Shown one piece after another: positions 16,775 to 25,534 of a DNA stretch of 41,857 nt. Source of the DNA: Elusimicrobiota bacterium (GTDB lineage: Bacteria > Elusimicrobiota > Elusimicrobia > UBA1565 > UBA9628); the NCBI GenBank assembly GCA_043783505.1, contig JAYVZL010000035.1, positions 1 through 41,857 of the forward strand, given 5' to 3'. The notes beneath the pieces were generated by a model. The model did no database searches, was not told where the DNA came from, and was given only the letters and a program-made list of their open reading frames with translations. Numbering within the stretch: position 1 is the first letter of the stretch; each line of letters begins with the position of its first letter. The position numbers were made by a program, and so were the translations under genes.

Positions 16775-17710
16775 ATGAGAGCACTCGTCACCGGCGGCTC
16801 GGGATTCATCGGAGCCAATGTCGTCAAGCAGCTGCAAAAAGCGGGCTTTAAGGTCCGCGTCTATGACATGGCCTACCCCGTCGACTTGCCGGACGTGGAG
16901 TTCTACCATGGCTCGCTGCTCGATCCCATGGCCATGGGCTTTGCCATCTTAGGCTGCGACTACGTCATCCATCTCGCTGCCGTCGCCGACGTCAACGACG
17001 TGCTGGCCGACCCGGTCAACGCCGAGCAGATCAACGTGCGCGGCACGCTCAACGTGCTCGACGCCGCCCGCCGCGCCAAGACCGTCAAGCGCGTGGTCTA
17101 CGCTTCGACGATCTGGACCTACAGCGACGTCAAAGACGAGTTCATCACCGAGGAGACCCTGATCCCGCCTCCGACGCACCTGTACACGGCGACGAAGCTG
17201 GCCGGCGAGCACTACTGCCGCGCCTACAGCCAGCTCTACAAGGTGCCCTACACGATCCTACGCTACGGCATACCCTACGGCCCGCGCGCGCGCGGAGCCA
17301 CGGTGATCAGCAAGTTCGTCTCCATGGCGCTCGAGGGCAAGAACATCACCATCGACGGCGACGGCCTGCAGTTCCGCAAGTTCGTCCACGTCACCGACCT
17401 GGCGCGCGGCAACGTCCTGGCGCTCAAGCCCGAGGGCGAGAACCAGATATACAACCTCGAGGGCACCGAGAAGGTGTCGATCAAGCAGCTCGCCGAGTGG
17501 ATGAAGGAATACGCCAATCCGAAGATCTCGGTCGTGCACAACCCCGCCCGCGCCGGCGATTTCAAGGGCGTGGAGATCTCGAACGAAAAGGCCTTCAAGC
17601 ATCTCGGGTGGAAGCCCGAGATCGACTTCCTCACGGGCCTCAAGCAGGTGATCGCCGAAAAGAAAAAGGAGAAAAACGATGGCCCCGTCGCCAACCTCGT
17701 CACCGCTTGA
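16775..17710 (+). CDS. NAD-dependent nucleotide-sugar epimerase/dehydratase (extended SDR, GalE-like)
   Basis: AGGAGG upstream. Motifs: MRALVTGGSGFIGANVV, YTATKLAGE (YxxxK). Confidence 0.85.
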   Translation: MRALVTGGSGFIGANVVKQLQKAGFKVRVYDMAYPVDLPDVEFYHGSLLDPMAMGFAILGCDYVIHLAAVADVNDVLADPVNAEQINVRGTLNVLDAARRAKTVKRVVYASTIWTYSDVKDEFITEETLIPPPTHLYTATKLAGEHYCRAYSQLYKVPYTILRYGIPYGPRARGATVISKFVSMALEGKNITIDGDGLQFRKFVHVTDLARGNVLALKPEGENQIYNLEGTEKVSIKQLAEWMKEYANPKISVVHNPARAGDFKGVEISNEKAFKHLGWKPEIDFLTGLKQVIAEKKKEKNDGPVANLVTA

Positions 17711-18860
17711 GAAGCCTTTGAACATCCCCATCCTGCGCGTCCCGTTCGACGCGGAAGATAAGAAGTTCCTGAGCGAGGGATTCTTGGAAATCCTCGCCTC
17801 CGGCGGGCTGACCATGGGCAAGCACACCAAGGCCTTTGAAGAGGAGTCGGCCAAGGCCTACGGCACGCCTTATGCGGTCGCGACCTCGAACTGCACCACC
17901 GCGCTCGAGATCATCTTCCGCGCCATCGGAGTCAAAGGCGGGACCGTGATCGTGCCCACGAATACGTTCATGGCGACCGCGTTTGCCGCCGTTCATGCCG
18001 GCGCCAAGATCGTATTCGCCGACTGCGACCCAAAGACGTTGTGCTTAACTGCCAAGGATGTCGAGAAGCGCCTGCGGCCCGACACCAAAGCAATTGTACT
18101 TGTGCATATCGGCGGGATCATCACTCCGGAGATCGAGGCCATCAAGGCGCTCTGCGACGCGAGGAAAATCGCCCTGGTGGAAGATTGCGCTCACGCGCAT
18201 GGCTCCTCTTATAAAGGAATCAAGGCCGGCGCGTGGGGCATCGCGGGAGCGTTCTCCTACTTCCCCACCAAGCCTCTCGTCTCCGGCGAGGGCGGGTTGA
18301 TCACGACCAAGGATCAGGCCCTCTATGAAAAGGCCATGATGCTGCGCAACCACGGCAAGAACCCCAAGCTCGGCAATCGCATCTCCGAGATGGGCAACAA
18401 TTGGCGCATGAGCGAGCTCACAGCACTTGTCGCCCTTCAGCAGACGCGCAAGGCCGATGTGCTCTTCGCGGATCGCAAGCGCGAGGCCGCGTTCTATGAC
18501 AAGGCCTTAGCCGGCACGCCCGGCATTGAGTTCATATCCATGCCGAAGGCCCTCGATACGACCTACTACAAATACGTTCTGTTCTTGAAGCCGGGCTTTG
18601 ATCGAAGCGCATTAAAAAAGATGCTTAAGGATGAATACAAAGTTTCCTTGACGGGTGAGGTGTACGATTATCCCGCGCACAAAGAGCCGGTCTGGGACAA
18701 CCACCCGGGCACGGCGCTGAACTGCAACGAGCCCTTCCCGGGTGCGGAGGAAGTCGCGGCGAGACATATCTGTTTGCCGTTGTACCCCGGCCTGACGGAC
18801 GCCGAACTCAACCATGTGGTTGTGTCCCTCAAAGACGCTCTGCGCAGGCTGGGAGCCTGA
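17679..18860 (+). CDS. DegT/DnrJ/EryC1/StrS-family PLP-dependent sugar aminotransferase
   Basis: 393 aa with ATSNCTTALEI, LVEDCAHAHGS and AFSYFPTKPLVSGEGGLITT (PLP lysine). It overlaps the upstream gene by 32 nt. Confidence 0.9.
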   Translation: MAPSPTSSPLEKPLNIPILRVPFDAEDKKFLSEGFLEILASGGLTMGKHTKAFEEESAKAYGTPYAVATSNCTTALEIIFRAIGVKGGTVIVPTNTFMATAFAAVHAGAKIVFADCDPKTLCLTAKDVEKRLRPDTKAIVLVHIGGIITPEIEAIKALCDARKIALVEDCAHAHGSSYKGIKAGAWGIAGAFSYFPTKPLVSGEGGLITTKDQALYEKAMMLRNHGKNPKLGNRISEMGNNWRMSELTALVALQQTRKADVLFADRKREAAFYDKALAGTPGIEFISMPKALDTTYYKYVLFLKPGFDRSALKKMLKDEYKVSLTGEVYDYPAHKEPVWDNHPGTALNCNEPFPGAEEVAARHICLPLYPGLTDAELNHVVVSLKDALRRLGA

Positions 18861-19540
18861 TGAAGATACTGGTCCTCGCCGCTCACGGCGACGACGAGCT
18901 TCTCGGACCGGGCGGGACGTTGATCCGCCACGCCCGGTCCGGGGACGCCGTCCATGCGGCGATCTGCGTGGGCAAGCCCAACCTCGCGATGTACCCGAAG
19001 GCTCGCTATGGCAACGGCGTGCTGGCCAAGCGCAAGCGCCAAGCCGAGCAGGTGGGACGCAAGTTGGGCTTTAAATCCGTCCGCAATCTAAACCTCAAAG
19101 ACGAGTGTCTTGAGCAGGATCTCAACTCCACCGTGACCTCGATCGAGAAGACGGTCAAAGAGATCAGGCCCGACACCGTCTATCTGCATCATGGCGGCGA
19201 TCTCAACCAAGATCATCGCGGAGTGTTCAAGGCCGCGATGATCGCGTTGCGCGGCTATCTCAAGCCCGCGGTTGCGCGCGTGCTGTGCTTCGAGACCGCC
19301 TCCACGACCGAGCAGGCGCCGCAAGTCCCTGGCTGGCAGTTCTCGCCCAACTATTTCGTCGACATCACCGCGACCTTGGATCAAAAAATTCAGGCGCTCC
19401 AAATATACGATGATGAATTAGTGGCGTTTCCCCACCCGCGCTCGGCCGAGGGCCTGCGGGCGCTGGCGCAGACTCGCGGCTCGGCCGTCGGTCTGCGCGC
19501 GGCCGAGGCCTTTCAGTTGATCCGGGAGACGGTGGCCTGA
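18860..19540 (+). CDS. PIG-L / LmbE-family N-acetyl-sugar deacetylase
   Basis: TGATG overlap with the upstream gene. Motifs: MKILVLAAHGDDELLGPGGTL and HHGGDLNQDH (metal-binding His/Asp). Confidence 0.85.
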   Translation: MKILVLAAHGDDELLGPGGTLIRHARSGDAVHAAICVGKPNLAMYPKARYGNGVLAKRKRQAEQVGRKLGFKSVRNLNLKDECLEQDLNSTVTSIEKTVKEIRPDTVYLHHGGDLNQDHRGVFKAAMIALRGYLKPAVARVLCFETASTTEQAPQVPGWQFSPNYFVDITATLDQKIQALQIYDDELVAFPHPRSAEGLRALAQTRGSAVGLRAAEAFQLIRETVA

Positions 19541-19542
19541 CC

Positions 19543-20595
19543 ATGTTCAACAAACTCGACAACCCCGCCGATTTCTGGGCGCACATGCGCTTCCACTGGC
19601 GCCGCGGCCACGGCCATCGCCTCCGCTACGCTTGGAATCGCGTGCGCTGGCACCTATACCCGGAGCTGGGTCTGGCCGGCCGCTACCCCGACCACGTGGA
19701 CATCGAGCTCTCCGCCGCCTGCAACATGAAGTGCCCGATGTGCTACACCACGACTCAGCGCTTCAAAGACGAGGTGCCGCACACGATGTTCGACTTCGAG
19801 GTCTATAAAAAGATCATCGACGAACTCACCGACAACGGCGTGTACTCGATCCGCTTGTCCTGGCGCGGCGAGCCCACGATCCACCCCAAGTTCATGGATT
19901 TCGTGCGCTACGCGCATAAGAAGGGAATCCGCGAGATCGACTCGCTGACCAACTGCCTCAAGCTCACCCCCGAGATGTTCGCCGAGCTCGTGGACATGCA
20001 GATGGCCTGGCTGACGATCTCCTTCGACGGCACCGGTGCCACCTACGAGAAGATCCGCGCCCCCGCCAAGTTCGACGAGGCTGTGGCCAAGATCCGCCGC
20101 TTCCACGAGATCAAGAAGGAGAAGGGCTCGGTCAAGCCCGTGGTCCGCATCCAGGGCATCTGGCCCGCCATCGAGGAGAACCCGCAGCGCTACTTCGACA
20201 CTTTTGAGCCCATCGTCGACGAAGTCAGCGTCAACTCGCTCCTCGACTACCTCCGCAACGACGAGGAGTACGAGTACGTCGAGAACTTCAAGTGTCCAGT
20301 CCCCTTCCAGCGCCTGGTGATCGGCTCCGACGGGCGCGCCTTCATGTGCATCAACGATGAGATGGGCCAGGTGAGCATCGGAAACTCCCACACGGAGTCC
20401 ATCTACAACATCTGGAACGGCCCCAAGATGACCGACATCCGCGCGACCCACCGCAAGGGCCAAGGCACCAAGACCTACGAGCCTTGCAAGGTCTGCTACC
20501 TCGCGCGCAAGACCACGGTCAAGCCCTACAAGGTCGGCCATCGCACCATCGAGCTCGAGGAGCTCGTCGGCCGCGAGATGGCCATCGGGAAGTGA
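19543..20595 (+). CDS. Radical SAM enzyme with a C-terminal SPASM/twitch-like Cys cluster (paralogue 1)
   Basis: CNMKCPMC (CxxxCxxC) at residues ~60-67. C-terminal Cys residues: FKCPVPF..AFMCIND..EPCKVCY. WNGPKMT is shared with the ORF at 30785. Confidence 0.85.
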   Translation: MFNKLDNPADFWAHMRFHWRRGHGHRLRYAWNRVRWHLYPELGLAGRYPDHVDIELSAACNMKCPMCYTTTQRFKDEVPHTMFDFEVYKKIIDELTDNGVYSIRLSWRGEPTIHPKFMDFVRYAHKKGIREIDSLTNCLKLTPEMFAELVDMQMAWLTISFDGTGATYEKIRAPAKFDEAVAKIRRFHEIKKEKGSVKPVVRIQGIWPAIEENPQRYFDTFEPIVDEVSVNSLLDYLRNDEEYEYVENFKCPVPFQRLVIGSDGRAFMCINDEMGQVSIGNSHTESIYNIWNGPKMTDIRATHRKGQGTKTYEPCKVCYLARKTTVKPYKVGHRTIELEELVGREMAIGK

Positions 20596-21311
20596 CTCCC
20601 CGCGTCGTCACCATCCACCAGCCCGAGTGCTTTCCGTGGCTCGGCTTCGTGGACAAGGCAGCTCAGGCCGACGTCTTCGTCCTCCTCGACGACGCGCAGT
20701 ACTCGAAGAACTATTTCAACAACCGCAACAAGGTCCGTACCGCGCAGGGCTGGTCCTGGCTGACGATCCCCATCGAGACCGCGGGCAAGGCCGAGCAGAC
20801 CTTCGCCGAGGCGAAGATGGGTCCCGACGGGTGGCGGCGCAAGCATCTGGCGACATGGAAACAAAGTTATGCTTCGTTGCCGTTCGGGGCTCGTTATCTT
20901 CCTTTCATCGAGGATCTTTACGCGCGCCCGTTGACCAAGCTCGGCGAGTTCAACACGACGGCGATCCTGTGGCTATTCGAGCAGTTCGAGGTCAAAGCGA
21001 AGATTACCCTATCGTCGGAGCTCGCCTGCGCGGGAACCGCGACCGACAAGCTGCTCGCGATCTGCAAAAAACTCGGCGCGACCGAGTACCTGTCTGGAAT
21101 CTCCGGCAAAGAATACCTCGAAGAAGCTAAGTTCAAAGACGCCGGCATCGTCGTCCGCTACCAGGATTTCCATCATCCGATCTACGCCCAGCGATTCGAA
21201 CCCTTCATTCCCGCTCTCACCTCATTCGATCTTCTGTTCAATCACGGCCCCGAAGCCGCCCACATTTTGCGCGACCCGGCCGCGCCGCGTCTCGCGGAGA
21301 TCTTTACTTAG
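20592..21311 (+). CDS. WbqC-family protein (uncharacterised, from polysaccharide loci)
   Basis: GTG 20592 overlaps the upstream stop (GTGA). VVTIHQPECFPWLGFVDKAAQADVFVLLDDAQYSKNYFNNRNKV matches my memory of the WbqC family N-terminus. Confidence 0.7.
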   Translation: MTPRVVTIHQPECFPWLGFVDKAAQADVFVLLDDAQYSKNYFNNRNKVRTAQGWSWLTIPIETAGKAEQTFAEAKMGPDGWRRKHLATWKQSYASLPFGARYLPFIEDLYARPLTKLGEFNTTAILWLFEQFEVKAKITLSSELACAGTATDKLLAICKKLGATEYLSGISGKEYLEEAKFKDAGIVVRYQDFHHPIYAQRFEPFIPALTSFDLLFNHGPEAAHILRDPAAPRLAEIFT

Positions 21312-21345
21312 TTTCTTATGTCTATTTTCAGTTATTCGACTTATC

Positions 21346-21389
21346 CACAGGCAAGGCCGCAACTAGCGTTGACGACAGTTGGGCCTGTG
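21346..21389. other. Imperfect hairpin in the AT-rich 110-bp gap before neuB
   Basis: CACAGGC (21346-21352) pairs with GCCTGTG (21383-21389). An inner CAACT/AGTTG stem is also present. No U-tract follows on either strand. Confidence 0.3.
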
Positions 21390-21421
21390 AAAAGTGTCAA
21401 TATCTTCGACGGAAAAAATAT

Positions 21422-22456
21422 ATGACCTCATTTAAAGTCGAAGGCAGAGAGATCGGCCTCGGCAAGCCGTGCTTCGTGATCGCCGAGCTCGGCTACAACT
21501 TCGTCGACGAGGCCGAGATGCTGGCCGCGGTCGACGCCGCCGCCGCCGCGGGCTGCGACTCGATTAAGCTGCAGACCTTCCGCGCCGACACCGTCGTCGC
21601 CAAGGGCTTCGACTTTCCCGCCGAGGCCGGCGGCAACGACCAGTGGGATGAATTCAAGCGGTACGAAATATCGGAAGATTTGCACCGTTCTTTCTTTAAG
21701 CGCGCCCGCGAAAAAGGCCTGGTTCCTCTTTCGACGCCCAGCCATCCCGACGACCTCGCTTTGCTTGAACGCGTCGGCTCCTCGATTTACAAGATCGGCT
21801 CCGACGATCTCACCAACCTTCCTTTCATCAAGCTCGTCGCCAAAACCGGAAAACCCCTTATTTTCTCCAGCGGCATGGCCTCACTTAAGGAGGTCGCCGC
21901 GGCGCTCAAGGTCATCCGCGCGGCCGGCGGAAAAAAAGTCGTTTTGCTCCAATGCACGTCCAACTACCCGATCAAAGACCCGTCCCTGGTCAACGCCCGG
22001 GTCATAGAGACCTATCGCAAAAAACTGCGCGTGCTCAGCGGCTACTCCGATCACACGACCAGCCTGACCACCCCAGTCGTGGCCGCTGTCCTGGGCGCCT
22101 GCGTCTATGAGCGCCATTTCACCCTCAGCAAGACCAACGGTACGCCCGACGCTCCTTTCTCCGCCGATCCCGCCGAGATGAAGGCCATCGTCTCCGCTCT
22201 TCGCGAGGCCGAGGCCATGCTCGGCGACGGGATCAAGCAGCCGACCGCGACCGAAACCCGCATGCGCGCCTACACCCGCAAGGGCGCGATCGCCCGCCGC
22301 GATTTAAAGCAGGGCGAGATCCTCTCCGCGAAAGACTTCGCCGTGATGCGCCCCGCTCTCGGCATTCCGGCCGCCGAGGCCGCGAAGGCGATCGGTCGAA
22401 GGCTCAAGGCCGACGTCAAGCGCGATCAGCCGCTCGCCTGGGAACACCTCAAATGA
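21422..22456 (+). CDS. neuB: NeuB-family nonulosonic acid synthase (sialic / pseudaminic / legionaminic acid synthase type) with a C-terminal SAF domain
   Basis: 344 aa with KPCFVIAELGYNF, DSIKLQTF, YKIGSDDLTNLPFIK, TGKPLIFSSGMA, LLQCTSNYP, SGYSDHT and YERHFTL. The symbol is a family-level call; the gene could be pseI- or legI-type. Confidence 0.9.
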   Translation: MTSFKVEGREIGLGKPCFVIAELGYNFVDEAEMLAAVDAAAAAGCDSIKLQTFRADTVVAKGFDFPAEAGGNDQWDEFKRYEISEDLHRSFFKRAREKGLVPLSTPSHPDDLALLERVGSSIYKIGSDDLTNLPFIKLVAKTGKPLIFSSGMASLKEVAAALKVIRAAGGKKVVLLQCTSNYPIKDPSLVNARVIETYRKKLRVLSGYSDHTTSLTTPVVAAVLGACVYERHFTLSKTNGTPDAPFSADPAEMKAIVSALREAEAMLGDGIKQPTATETRMRAYTRKGAIARRDLKQGEILSAKDFAVMRPALGIPAAEAAKAIGRRLKADVKRDQPLAWEHLK

Positions 22457-23385
22457 GCGGTCTGGCCCTTGTCGCGGAATGCAACAAACGCGTGGGAAGC
22501 GGGCATGCGGTGGAGACCATCCATTTACTTCGTTGCCTTTCCCCCATTGAATGCCGTGCTTACCTGACCAAAGGCACTCCCTTTGAGTTGCTCCGCCGTT
22601 TCCGTTCTTCTCAAACTATTCCAAATCTCTCGGTTGAATCGTTAAGCTCCGTTGCCGTCGACGCCCGCTCGCGCGGTTACAAAGCCGCCGTCCTCAACGC
22701 TCTGCAGGTTACCCCTGCCATGGTGAAGGCTCTAAAATCATCGGGACTTAAGGTAGCGGCGCTGTCCGTCAATCGCCACGTCCGCGGCGCCGACCTGAGC
22801 CTGACCCTCGGCCCAAAGAACATGATCTTGGCTCCAGAGTTCGCGCGCCTGGCGCGCCGTCCTCGCCGGCATCACGGCCCTTTGCGAGAGATCATGATCC
22901 TCATGGGCGGCACCGACACAAGCGGCAACACCTCCGCCGTGGTGCGCGCGCTGAGCGGCCATCGGCCAAAACTCCGCAAAACCATCGTCGTCGGCCCCAA
23001 CTTCGCGCACTCCGCCGCGTTGTCGCGCGCTTTAACCCTATCGAAAGATCCGAGCTTCCGCGTGGTCCGCAATCCCAAGAATCTTCCCGCCCTCATGCGC
23101 CGCGCCGACGCCGCGCTGACGCTCGGTAGCGACACGTCTTTGGAACTCGCCTGCGTGGGCACGCCCACGATCCTCTTTGAAGAAGCTCCTCACGAACGCC
23201 GCCAAGCGCTCCTTCTGTCGCGTCTCGGCTGCGGGATCTTCGCCGGAGAGGCTTCGCTGCCGGTTCTTCTCTCTCGCCTTGATGATGCTGCCCTAAGAAA
23301 CAGAATGTCCCGCGCCGGCCGGTCGCTTGTCGACGGCCGCGGCGCGGAAAGATTAGCCGTCGCCTTAAAGAGGCTGGCCGCGTGA
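22453..23385 (+). CDS. PseG/SpsG-like GT-B fold protein (putative nucleotide-sugar hydrolase or glycosyltransferase-28-like)
   Basis: ATGA overlap with neuB. Motifs: GSGHAVETIHL, ILMGGTDTSGNT, ADAALTLGSDTSLELACVGTPTILF. The similarity is weak; the position between the NeuB and CMP-transferase genes fits PseG. Confidence 0.45.
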   Translation: MSGLALVAECNKRVGSGHAVETIHLLRCLSPIECRAYLTKGTPFELLRRFRSSQTIPNLSVESLSSVAVDARSRGYKAAVLNALQVTPAMVKALKSSGLKVAALSVNRHVRGADLSLTLGPKNMILAPEFARLARRPRRHHGPLREIMILMGGTDTSGNTSAVVRALSGHRPKLRKTIVVGPNFAHSAALSRALTLSKDPSFRVVRNPKNLPALMRRADAALTLGSDTSLELACVGTPTILFEEAPHERRQALLLSRLGCGIFAGEASLPVLLSRLDDAALRNRMSRAGRSLVDGRGAERLAVALKRLAA

Positions 23386-24017
23386 GCAAGAAGAAATTCG
23401 TGCTCGCCGTCATCCCCGCCCGAGGCGGCTCCAAAGGCATTCCCGGCAAGAACATCAAGATGATCGCCGGCAAGCCTCTTCTTGCCTGGACCATCGAGCA
23501 TGCCCTGGCGGCGAAAACGGTGGACCGCGTCGTCGTTTCCACCGAGGATGCGAAGATCGCCGCCGTGGCCCGACAGTGGGGTGCTGAAGTCCTCGATCGT
23601 CCCAAGGCCCTGGCGACGGATAAGGCCGACACCTTGCCCGTGCTCCAGCACGCCCTGAAAAACTGCCCGGCCGACGTCCTCGTCGTCCTGCAATGCACAT
23701 CTCCCATACGATCAAAAGGTCTTATCGACCGCTGCGTGAATAAATTTTTAAAGACAAAAGCCGACTCCCTCGGCACGGTTTTTTCCGATCACTCCTTCGA
23801 ATACGGCGTCGAGATGCCCCGTCGTCAGGAGATCAAACCGCGCCTCATCGACAGCGGAAACGTGTACGTCAACAAAGCCGATCTGGTCCTCAAGAAGGGC
23901 GACCGCTACGGCCGCTTTGCGACCCTCGAGATCTCGCGCGAGGAGACGTTCGAGATCGACGAGCCGTTCGATTTCTGGCTGTGCGAAAAGCTGCTCATGG
24001 AACGGCGGGTGAACTGA
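23382..24017 (+). CDS. neuA: Acylneuraminate cytidylyltransferase family (CMP-nonulosonic acid synthetase, NeuA/PseF-like)
   Basis: GTGA overlap with the upstream gene. Motifs: VLAVIPARGGSKGIPGKNIKMIAGKPLLAWTIEHA and VLQCTSPIR. Confidence 0.85.
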   Translation: MSKKKFVLAVIPARGGSKGIPGKNIKMIAGKPLLAWTIEHALAAKTVDRVVVSTEDAKIAAVARQWGAEVLDRPKALATDKADTLPVLQHALKNCPADVLVVLQCTSPIRSKGLIDRCVNKFLKTKADSLGTVFSDHSFEYGVEMPRRQEIKPRLIDSGNVYVNKADLVLKKGDRYGRFATLEISREETFEIDEPFDFWLCEKLLMERRVN

Positions 24018-24018
24018 G

Positions 24019-24639
24019 ATGTCGAAATACCACAAATACGTGTTTGATCTAAAAAAGCGCCGCCTCGTCGGCGATTTTGAGCGCATGTACAAAAACGAGG
24101 AACGCGAGGGGTTCGACTCCTGGCAACAAGAGGACAGCCGCCAACTCGGCCGCCGAATCTCATTCGCGCTCATTCAGGATTACAATTTCTCCAAGGTGGC
24201 GGACCTGGGGTGCGGGAAGGGAGCTCTCACGCATCTTCTCAAGCGCGAGAACAACAAGGTGTTCGCGGCCGACATCTCTAAAACGGCGGTCGCCGTCGCG
24301 CGCGCGCGATTCCCGGACATTGTCTTCTCACAGTGCGACATGAACAAAGCGGCCTCGGTCGACGAGTTTTATTCATTTACCGGCCGAGTCAATTTGACTT
24401 TCTGCAGCGAGACGTTGTATTACCTGAAGTCCTGGAAAACGCTCCTGGCGGCGATCGCGAAGCATTCGGACTACGCCCTGCTCCGCGTTCACACGCCTCC
24501 TCGCCCGATCGGATTCATTAAATCCGAGAAAGTATTTTTACAGGAAGTGTCCAAGTGCTTCGACATCGTCGAGGCAGTCAGCCTGCACCGTTTAAACTCA
24601 ACCGTCGTGCTGGCGAAATCAAAATATGGACTATCTTAA
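24019..24639 (+). CDS. Class I SAM-dependent methyltransferase (weakly NodS-like)
   Basis: 206 aa with VADLGCGKGALTHLL (motif I), FAADISKTAVAVARARF and an N-terminal FERMYKNE..DSWQQED segment. Confidence 0.75.
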   Translation: MSKYHKYVFDLKKRRLVGDFERMYKNEEREGFDSWQQEDSRQLGRRISFALIQDYNFSKVADLGCGKGALTHLLKRENNKVFAADISKTAVAVARARFPDIVFSQCDMNKAASVDEFYSFTGRVNLTFCSETLYYLKSWKTLLAAIAKHSDYALLRVHTPPRPIGFIKSEKVFLQEVSKCFDIVEAVSLHRLNSTVVLAKSKYGLS

Positions 24640-25534
24640 AGAGCATTTGAACGTTTGGTGGCTGCGCCCGGAGCAGGCGGTCTGGGACGCGCGCGCCTCC
24701 GAGATCGCCGAGCCGTTCGAGCCCAAAGGCCCTTCCCTCGATCTCGGCTGCGGCAACGGCCTGTACAGCTTCATCGCGGCCGGCGGCTCCATCGGCGCGG
24801 GCTACGATTGGTTCACACACGCGCGCTCGTCCGGCTTCGCCAAGAACAAGGACAGCTACGACGTCCCCCTGCGCTTCGACCCGTCGAGCCACATCCTGCG
24901 CCGTCCCCGCTACCGCTTCGATTTCGCCCTCGATCACAAGCCCAACCTGCTCGCGCAGGCGGGGCGTCTCGGCCTGTACAAGAACCTCAAGCAGGGAGAC
25001 GGTAACGCGCGCCTTCCTTTCGAGGACGGGGAACTGAAGACGGTCTACTCCAACATACTCTATTGGCTGCGCGATCCGCGCGCACGCTTCGCCGACATCG
25101 GCCGCGCACTGTCCCGCGGGGGCCGCGCGATCCTGAGCCTGCAGGATCCGAGCTTCAAGACGCTCTGCGCAAGCTATCAATGGCGCGCCAAACGATCCCC
25201 GCTTCTGCGCATGCTCAACCGCGGCCGGGCGGAGTGTTCGTATTGGACCGCGACGCTCGGCGACGTCAAACGCTTCGGCCGCGCCGCCGGCCTGCGCGTC
25301 GTGCACAGCGAGCGCTACCTCAGTCCGCGCACCCTGCGCTTTTGGGACGTGGGCCTGCGCCCCCTGTTTCCGCCCCTGCTTGAGATGACTCGTCGGCTCA
25401 AAGCGCGCGACCGCCGAGAGGTCAAGGCGCTGTGGATGGAGACCGCCCTGCCGCTGATGCGCGAAATGCTGACGCTCGAGCGCCGCGAAGGCGCGCGCGG
25501 CGGCTATCATTTCGTGGTCTTGGAGAAGCGCTGA
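24626..25534 (+). CDS. Class I SAM-dependent methyltransferase (Methyltransf_11-like)
   Basis: 302 aa with SLDLGCGNGLYSF and LPFEDGELKTVYSNILYWLRDP..LSRGGRAILSL. Confidence 0.7.
   Translation: MDYLKEHLNVWWLRPEQAVWDARASEIAEPFEPKGPSLDLGCGNGLYSFIAAGGSIGAGYDWFTHARSSGFAKNKDSYDVPLRFDPSSHILRRPRYRFDFALDHKPNLLAQAGRLGLYKNLKQGDGNARLPFEDGELKTVYSNILYWLRDPRARFADIGRALSRGGRAILSLQDPSFKTLCASYQWRAKRSPLLRMLNRGRAECSYWTATLGDVKRFGRAAGLRVVHSERYLSPRTLRFWDVGLRPLFPPLLEMTRRLKARDRREVKALWMETALPLMREMLTLERREGARGGYHFVVLEKR

Noticed and set aside
19654-20541. 295-aa minus-strand ORF antisense to radical SAM paralogue 1
   Set aside because: It has the same shadow-ORF composition (LDVGHA repeats), and the + strand ORF carries the CxxxCxxC motif.
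21341-21349. Perfect DnaA-box consensus TTATCCACA in the gap before neuB
   Set aside because: It is a single isolated 9-mer with no cluster of boxes, no AT-rich unwinding element and no dnaA/dnaN context. One occurrence by chance is plausible in 84 kb of two-strand sequence.
24578-25510. 310-aa minus-strand ORF antisense to the methyltransferase at 24626
   Set aside because: It is a shadow ORF with no motifs, and the + strand gene has a clear SAM-binding motif and operon context.
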